Source: Pseudomonadota bacterium (GTDB lineage: Bacteria > Pseudomonadota > Alphaproteobacteria > Rhodobacterales > Rhodobacteraceae). Taken from it: a stretch of DNA of 64,000 nt. The number at the start of each line of letters is the position of its first letter. Position 1 is the first letter of the stretch. Positions 58,858-64,000 of the stretch are shown piece after piece. Made by a program: the position numbers and the translations under genes. The notes beneath the pieces were generated by a model, which worked only from the letters and a program-made list of their open reading frames with translations, searched no databases and was not told the DNA's origin. The stretch is from positions 3,150 to 67,149 of the forward strand of contig JBCBIS010000001.1 of the NCBI GenBank assembly GCA_038524325.1, written 5' to 3'.

Positions 58858-60425
58858 AGCGGAACCTCGACCTGGAATTCGGCGCCGCCGGAGGCGCGAT
58901 TGCTGCCGGAGATCCGGCCGCCATGCTGCTCGGCGATCCATTTCGCGATGGCGAGGCCGAGCCCGGTCCCGCCCGCCTGCCGCCCGGTGCTGTCCTGTGC
59001 GTAACGGTCGAAGAGCTGGCTCGGGTCGCCTTCGATCCCCGTCCCGGTATCGGCGACTGACAGCACCGCGGCATCCGGCGCTTTGGCCAGCGAGACCGAG
59101 ACCACTCCGCCCGGGGGGGTGAATTTGATCGCGTTGTCGATCAGCGCCAGCAGCGCCTGGCGCAGCGCCTCGGCATCGCAGTTTGCCCAAAGCGGCGGGG
59201 ACGGGAGATCGGCATCGAGGGTGATCTCGTTCGCCTCGGCATAGCTGGTGGCCATGGTGACCGCGCTCGCCGCGATCTCGGTCAGGTCGGCGGCGGCGAG
59301 CGTGAGGCTGAGCTGCCCGTCCTCGGACCGGGCGAGCCGCATCAGGTCGTCGAGACGGCGCCGCAGGAACCCGCCCGACGCGGCCACCCGCTCCAACGCC
59401 TCGCGAAGCGGCGCTTCGCCTTTGGCAGCGCGGGCGATCTGCGCCTCGCCCAGCAGGACGGTCACCGGAGTGCGCAGCTCGTGGCTGATATTGGCGAAGA
59501 ACTCGCGGCGGCTGCGGTCGATCCGGGTGAGTTCGGCATTGGCGGTCTCGAGCTCGGCGGTACGCGCGGAGACCTGATCCTGCAGCCGGCTCTGTTCGCC
59601 CGCCAGCCGTGTCGCCATCTGGTTGAAACCATCGGCGAGCAGCGAGAACTCTCCCGGCATCCCGGCGGGCGCCCGGGCCGATTTATCCCCGGCGCCAAAG
59701 CTCTGCACCGAGCTCGCCAGGGCCCGGATCGGGCGCATCAGGCCGCGATGCAGCAGCAGCGCGAAGACGGCGACCGAGACGAGCAACAGCATGGCCAGCC
59801 CGAACCCGGCCCAGATCAACACCACCCGGGTTTCGGCCAGCCCGGCAAAGGCGGCTTCCGCCTCGCTGCGCTCATCGGCCAGAACCTCGAAGATCACGGC
59901 GCGGAAGGCATCGTCGCGCAGCGCCACGATCTCGTCGAGGAAGATCCGGGCCGCCTCGGTCGCGTCGAAGACCGGCCCGCGCGTGCGGTCGAGCATGGCC
60001 TGCGCCTCGATCGTCTCGAACAGGTCGGACAGCGCGGCGGCGCGGATCATCTCGCTGCGCTCGGCATCGCGTTCGGCATCGCTGGTGGCGGTGGCGATCT
60101 CGGCCCCGATCTGACGGCGATAGATCAGCAATGTGCCGCGCAGTTCGGCCGCCGCGACGCTCTCGGCCGGGTCGCCGCCGCCGCCGAGACGCCGGGCGAT
60201 CTCGCCCAGAAGATATCGGTCGAAAGCCGCTTCGATCGTGCGCACCGTCTCCAATTGCACGAAGGATTGCTCGGACCGGCGCAGGTCGTCGCGAGAGCGT
60301 TGCAGCCCCCAGACCGCCAGAACCGCCGCTGCCGCCAGGACCAGAACGAGGAACGCGAAGCCGATCACCAGACGCGTGATGATCGAGGCGCGCGGTCGCA
60401 TGTGAGGGATGGGCAGGCCGTTCAT
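58854..60425 (-). CDS. Sensor histidine kinase (periplasmic sensor, HAMP, HisKA, HATPase_c)
   Basis: H-box FFANISHELRTPVT. N, G1 and G2 boxes (IDNAIKFT, DTGTGI, GGTGLGLAI). Two TM segments. Confidence 0.9.
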   Translation of the reverse strand: MNGLPIPHMRPRASIITRLVIGFAFLVLVLAAAAVLAVWGLQRSRDDLRRSEQSFVQLETVRTIEAAFDRYLLGEIARRLGGGGDPAESVAAAELRGTLLIYRRQIGAEIATATSDAERDAERSEMIRAAALSDLFETIEAQAMLDRTRGPVFDATEAARIFLDEIVALRDDAFRAVIFEVLADERSEAEAAFAGLAETRVVLIWAGFGLAMLLLVSVAVFALLLHRGLMRPIRALASSVQSFGAGDKSARAPAGMPGEFSLLADGFNQMATRLAGEQSRLQDQVSARTAELETANAELTRIDRSRREFFANISHELRTPVTVLLGEAQIARAAKGEAPLREALERVAASGGFLRRRLDDLMRLARSEDGQLSLTLAAADLTEIAASAVTMATSYAEANEITLDADLPSPPLWANCDAEALRQALLALIDNAIKFTPPGGVVSVSLAKAPDAAVLSVADTGTGIEGDPSQLFDRYAQDSTGRQAGGTGLGLAIAKWIAEQHGGRISGSNRASGGAEFQVEVPL

Positions 60426-60544
60426 TCCCGGAGTTTAGGAGACCCGGCAGACCCTTGTCACGCGACCCCAGCTGTGATCTTTGGAAATTCTCAGAGTCGT
60501 TAAAAAAAACTTCACAATCCCGCCCCTCTCGGTAAGACAATCCT

Positions 60545-61474
60545 ATGCCGCACCCGAAAGCGATCACCCTGAAACAGCTCCGCGCCCTGTCGGCGATTGT
60601 CGATACCGGGTCGATCACGGCCGCAGCGGGTAAGCTCCATGTCACGCCGCCCGCCGTCTCGACCCAGTTGAAGACGCTGGAGGATTCCGTCTGCGCCCAG
60701 GTCCTCAGCCGCGGGCCGGACGGCAAGACGGCGCTGACGCCGGTGGGGGAAGAACTGCTCGGCACGATCCAAAAGATCGAAACGGCCCTGGAGCAGAGTT
60801 TCGAGCGGATCCGCGCCATGAATGCCGGGCTGGCGGGGCATGTCTCGATCGGAGTGGTCTCGACGGGGAAGTATTTCGCGCCCGGTCTCGTGGCCGATCT
60901 GAAGAAGCGCCATCCCGAGATCGAGATCGGCCTGAAGGTCGGCAATCGCGACAGCATCGTCGAGATGCTGGCCCGCGGGGCCATCGAGATGTGCATCATG
61001 GGCCGCCCGCCGCAGGACCCGGAGGTCGATCACAAGATCCTGGGCGACCACCCCTATCTGATCGTCTGCGCGCCCGACAGCCCGCTGGCCGAGATGGAGG
61101 AGGTGAGCCCCGACGCCCTGTTGGAACAGACCTTCCTGACCCGCGAGGAAGGCTCTGGCACCCGGATCACCATGCGCCGCTATCTCGACCAGATCGGCGA
61201 GGGCCGGGCCTATCGCATGGTCGAGATGGGGACCAACGAGACGATCAAACAGGCGGTGATGGCAGGTCTGGGCGTCGCGATGATCTCGGCCCATACCATC
61301 GGGCCGGAATTGCGCGAGGCGCGCCTGAAACGGGTGCGGATGCCCGGCCTGCCGGTGGTGCGCTGGTGGTATCTGGTCAAGCTGAAGGGCGCGGAACTCT
61401 CGCCAACCGCCCGCGCCTTCGAGGATTTCCTGCTCGAGCTCGACGGCAGCTATCTGCCGAATGTCGAGAATTGA
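60545..61474 (+). CDS. LysR-family transcriptional regulator
   Basis: N-terminal HTH LKQLRALSAIVDTGSITAAAGKLHVTPPAVSTQLKTLE. LysR substrate-binding domain. 309 aa. Confidence 0.9.
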   Translation: MPHPKAITLKQLRALSAIVDTGSITAAAGKLHVTPPAVSTQLKTLEDSVCAQVLSRGPDGKTALTPVGEELLGTIQKIETALEQSFERIRAMNAGLAGHVSIGVVSTGKYFAPGLVADLKKRHPEIEIGLKVGNRDSIVEMLARGAIEMCIMGRPPQDPEVDHKILGDHPYLIVCAPDSPLAEMEEVSPDALLEQTFLTREEGSGTRITMRRYLDQIGEGRAYRMVEMGTNETIKQAVMAGLGVAMISAHTIGPELREARLKRVRMPGLPVVRWWYLVKLKGAELSPTARAFEDFLLELDGSYLPNVEN

Positions 61475-61570
61475 ACGGCGTCTCGCCGCAGCCCCGGTAA
61501 AAACCAAAGCATTCCTGGAACGATCCGGTTAGAAGACCGCCAATCCTATCGCTGTGCTGCCGGAAGACCC

Positions 61571-62482
61571 ATGCCCCCACTCTCCCACCCGACCCGCATC
61601 CTGTGCTGCGCCCTGGCGGTCATCACCGCCCCTGCCCTGTGGCCCGCCCCGGTCGAAGCCAAATCGGCCCGCGAGGAGGTGGCGGAGAAACTGGTTCTGG
61701 CGGGACGGCAGAGGATGCTGGCCGAGGGCATGGCCTTCAAGCTCTGCCTCACCCAATCGGGTGTCGCGGCGGAGCAGAGCCTGAACGAGCTCTATGTGAT
61801 GTGGAACGTGTTTAGCTGGTACCATGCGGGACTGCGCTATGGGAATCTCCAGCTCGACCTCTCGACGGAGCGCGACCGGGGCGTGCTGGCCAGTTGGAGG
61901 GCGCTGGACACGGATTGGGCCGAGTTGAAGGCGATCTATGAACCGGCGATCGGCGGACAGGCCGTCTCCGAGGCAGATTTCGCGCGGGCGCAGGCGATCA
62001 CCGAGACGGTCAGCACCCGGGCGACCGATCTGGTGGCCGCGCTGCGCTCTGCCTATGCCAGCGAACTGGGCGCCCGCGGTTTTGGCACGGCGCTGCTGCT
62101 GGACCTTTATGAACGCCAGCGGATGCTGGCCGAGCAGATCGCCAAGGAGGTCTGCCTGATTTATCGCGGGGATGTCACCGAGGCGCGGCGTCAAAGGCTC
62201 GCGGATGCCAGGCGGCTGTTCACCCTGTCGCTGGAGGCCTTCCAGAAGGGCCGCGCCGATGCCGGCGTCCCCAAACCGCCGAGCCCGGAGATCGAAGCGC
62301 ATCTGCAGGACGTGCAGCGCCACTGGGTACCCGCCGACACTCTGTCCGAGGCCGCTGCGGGAGGGCGCCGCCCGGGCGCCGCCGAGATCAGCGCGTTCAA
62401 CACCTCGGTCGATCTGACACTCTCGTCGATGACGGCGGCGATCAACGGTCTGATATCGATCCAACGGCGGGCGGCGGAGTAA
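61571..62482 (+). CDS. Periplasmic protein with two PilJ/NarX-type four-helix-bundle sensor modules
   Basis: Signal peptide. Two AGRQRML / YERQRML motifs typical of PilJ N-terminal domains. Confidence 0.55.
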   Translation: MPPLSHPTRILCCALAVITAPALWPAPVEAKSAREEVAEKLVLAGRQRMLAEGMAFKLCLTQSGVAAEQSLNELYVMWNVFSWYHAGLRYGNLQLDLSTERDRGVLASWRALDTDWAELKAIYEPAIGGQAVSEADFARAQAITETVSTRATDLVAALRSAYASELGARGFGTALLLDLYERQRMLAEQIAKEVCLIYRGDVTEARRQRLADARRLFTLSLEAFQKGRADAGVPKPPSPEIEAHLQDVQRHWVPADTLSEAAAGGRRPGAAEISAFNTSVDLTLSSMTAAINGLISIQRRAAE

Positions 62483-62494
62483 CCGCCCCCGGGC

Positions 62495-62824
62495 TCACCA
62501 CTTGTAGAGCGGCGTCGCGGGAGCCTTCTCGGCGGGCGTGAAATAGAACCTCTCGCCGCCAAAGGCATTGCGTCCCTGTCGCGGCAGCGTCGGGTCGACC
62601 GGTGTCGGGAAGAACCCGCTGCGCCCGAAGCGGCGGAACCCAGTGGCTGGGCTGCCGAACTGCGCCTGCCCGGTCTCGTCGCGGACAAAGCTGGGGATCT
62701 CGGGCTCGGTCAGGAACAGCCCCTGCGGCGTGATCAGCAGACCGGCCTGCGCGGCGGGCGTGGCGAGGGTGATCGCCAGCGCAGCGGTAGGGACCACGTG
62801 GCGGATCAGGCGGGGGATGGGCAT
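62495..62824 (-). CDS. Small secreted hypothetical protein
   Basis: The ATG at 62824 is preceded by GGAGG. Signal peptide MPIPRLIRHVVPTAALAITLATPAAQA. Confidence 0.45.
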   Translation of the reverse strand: MPIPRLIRHVVPTAALAITLATPAAQAGLLITPQGLFLTEPEIPSFVRDETGQAQFGSPATGFRRFGRSGFFPTPVDPTLPRQGRNAFGGERFYFTPAEKAPATPLYKW

Positions 62825-62931
62825 CGTCGCCTCCATCTGTCTGTTGCTCTGCAGCACAGATGGGGCGCGTACTGGGAAAGATCAAAGCACCCGGGCTCAC
62901 ATCCCCGAGAGAGGCCAGAGGGGCCCAGGGA

Positions 62932-63201
62932 TCAGCCGAGCCGCTCGATCGCCGTGGCCAGGTCCAAGTCCTTTTGCGTCAAGCCACCCGCGTCATGGGT
63001 GGTCAGCCGCACCTCGACCCGGTTGTAGACATTGCGCCATTCCGGGTGGTGGTCGGCCGCCTCGGCCTCGAACGCCACCCGGGTCATCCAGGCCATCGCA
63101 TCGCGGAAATTGGCGAAGCGGAAGACCTTGTCGATCGCCTTGCCATCCTCGGTGGTTTGCCATCCGGCCCCGGCCAGATCGTCAGTCATTGCCACGGTCA
63201 T
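62932..63201 (-). CDS. phhB: Pterin-4-alpha-carbinolamine dehydratase
   Basis: 89 aa. KVFRFANFRDAMAWMTRVAFEAEAADHHPEW...VEVRLTTHDAGGLT is the PCD signature. Confidence 0.85.
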   Translation of the reverse strand: MTVAMTDDLAGAGWQTTEDGKAIDKVFRFANFRDAMAWMTRVAFEAEAADHHPEWRNVYNRVEVRLTTHDAGGLTQKDLDLATAIERLG

Positions 63202-63223
63202 GGCGCTGCTCCCTTGTCGGTTG

Positions 63224-63937
63224 TCAGGTAACCTGCCCGCCGGCGGGGGTGCCGCCCCCCTCCCATCGGGTCGCGTTGGCGCGGATGGCCTTGGCCCGTT
63301 CCGCCACGGGCGGATGGCTGGCCAGCCAGCTTTTGCCATGCGCCTCGGCACCCGGCGTGATCTCGATCAGCTTCTCCAGCATGCGCGCCTGTGGTTCTGC
63401 ACCAAAGCCCGCCTTGATCATCAGGGCGGTGGCATAGGCGTCCGCCTCGAACTCGTCCTTGCGGCTCAGCCGGGCGACGAATAACGAGCCGATCCAGCGG
63501 GCGAGATAGATGCCGACGAACGGGATCAGCCGCGCGATCAGCCCGCCGATGATCACCGTGATCAACTGCGCCGCCGCCACATCCCACATCCGCCGCTTGG
63601 TGTGGCCATTGGCCAGATGGCCCATCTCGTGGGCGATCACGCTGGCGAACTCGGCCAGTTTGATCCGGCCGCGCTGATACTGTTGGACAAGGCCGCGGGT
63701 GACATAGATCTCGCCCGATGGCGTGACCAGCCCGTTGACCATCTCCTGGTCCAGCACCCGCAGATCAATCTGATCGACCCCCGCCGCGTGAGACAGCCGG
63801 CGCAGCGCCATATCCACCTCGTCATTGCGCAAAGGCCGCGATTGCTGCCGCAGCGTCCGGCCCGACAGAACAGCCGAGACGCGCCAGATCACCATGACCA
63901 TCAGAACGGGGAGGAGGAGAACGATCAGCTTTGCCAT
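63224..63937 (-). CDS. M48-family zinc metallopeptidase (HtpX-like, membrane-anchored)
   Basis: HEMGH zinc motif in VIAHEMGHLANGH. N-terminal TM helix. Confidence 0.8.
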   Translation of the reverse strand: MAKLIVLLLPVLMVMVIWRVSAVLSGRTLRQQSRPLRNDEVDMALRRLSHAAGVDQIDLRVLDQEMVNGLVTPSGEIYVTRGLVQQYQRGRIKLAEFASVIAHEMGHLANGHTKRRMWDVAAAQLITVIIGGLIARLIPFVGIYLARWIGSLFVARLSRKDEFEADAYATALMIKAGFGAEPQARMLEKLIEITPGAEAHGKSWLASHPPVAERAKAIRANATRWEGGGTPAGGQVT

Positions 63938-64000
63938 GTCCGGAATATAGAGAGTTTCATGGCCCGGTCACCCCCTGCCCCCTCGGTTCAGATGCGCCTT

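Noticed and set aside
63938-64000. Possible start of another + strand gene (ATGGCCCGGTCACCC at 63960).
   Set aside because: Only about 13 codons lie inside the window, which is not enough to support a call.

Overview
High-GC bacterial chromosome window. Gene content suggests an alphaproteobacterium, probably Rhodobacteraceae-like; this is inference only. Two ends form a one-carbon (methylotrophy) gene set. The left end (75-7877, minus strand) carries xoxF-xoxG-xoxJ plus a rhodanese-like gene, encoding a lanthanide-type PQQ methanol dehydrogenase. Next to it is a translationally coupled gshA-osmC-fghA-MBL operon for glutathione-linked formaldehyde handling. The right end (50.4-57.2 kb) carries adhI, a SoxYZ-like carrier and pqqABCDE; pqqA is a 30-codon gene absent from the ORF track. 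About 42 kb of accessory DNA lies between them. Its core is a complete 18-gene, roughly 25-kb extracellular contractile injection system (eCIS, a phage-tail-like particle) operon on the minus strand (9309-34509). It runs sheath, tube, Zn-ribbon protein, Pro-rich protein, DUF4255 cap, AAA+ ATPase, tube initiator, LysM, gpD hub, gpV spike, gp25, two gpJ-like proteins, a gpI-like protein, a 1537-aa beta-helix fibre and a DUF4157 effector candidate. The most interesting observations are regulatory. A textbook sigma54 promoter (CTGGCAC-N5-TTGCT) sits 62 nt upstream of the sheath ATG, with a 16-bp direct repeat upstream of it. A sensor-less sigma54 enhancer-binding protein is encoded 25 kb away at the other end of the operon, with its 3-prime end overlapping the effector gene. 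The accessory block also holds two very large proteins without signal peptides. One is a G8/beta-helix protein with a His/Asp-rich N-terminus, transcribed divergently from the eCIS. The other is a 1529-aa VCBS-repeat protein with a near-perfect 669-bp tandem duplication. It further contains an Fe-S reductase-like/UPF0280/membrane-protein operon, a Crp-family regulator and an MscS-family channel. The right edge has an OmpR/HisKA two-component pair, a LysR regulator, a PilJ-like periplasmic protein, pterin carbinolamine dehydratase and an M48 peptidase. No tRNA, rRNA, CRISPR array, transposase or integrase was seen. All family assignments come from motifs read by eye and recollection of families, not from searches.
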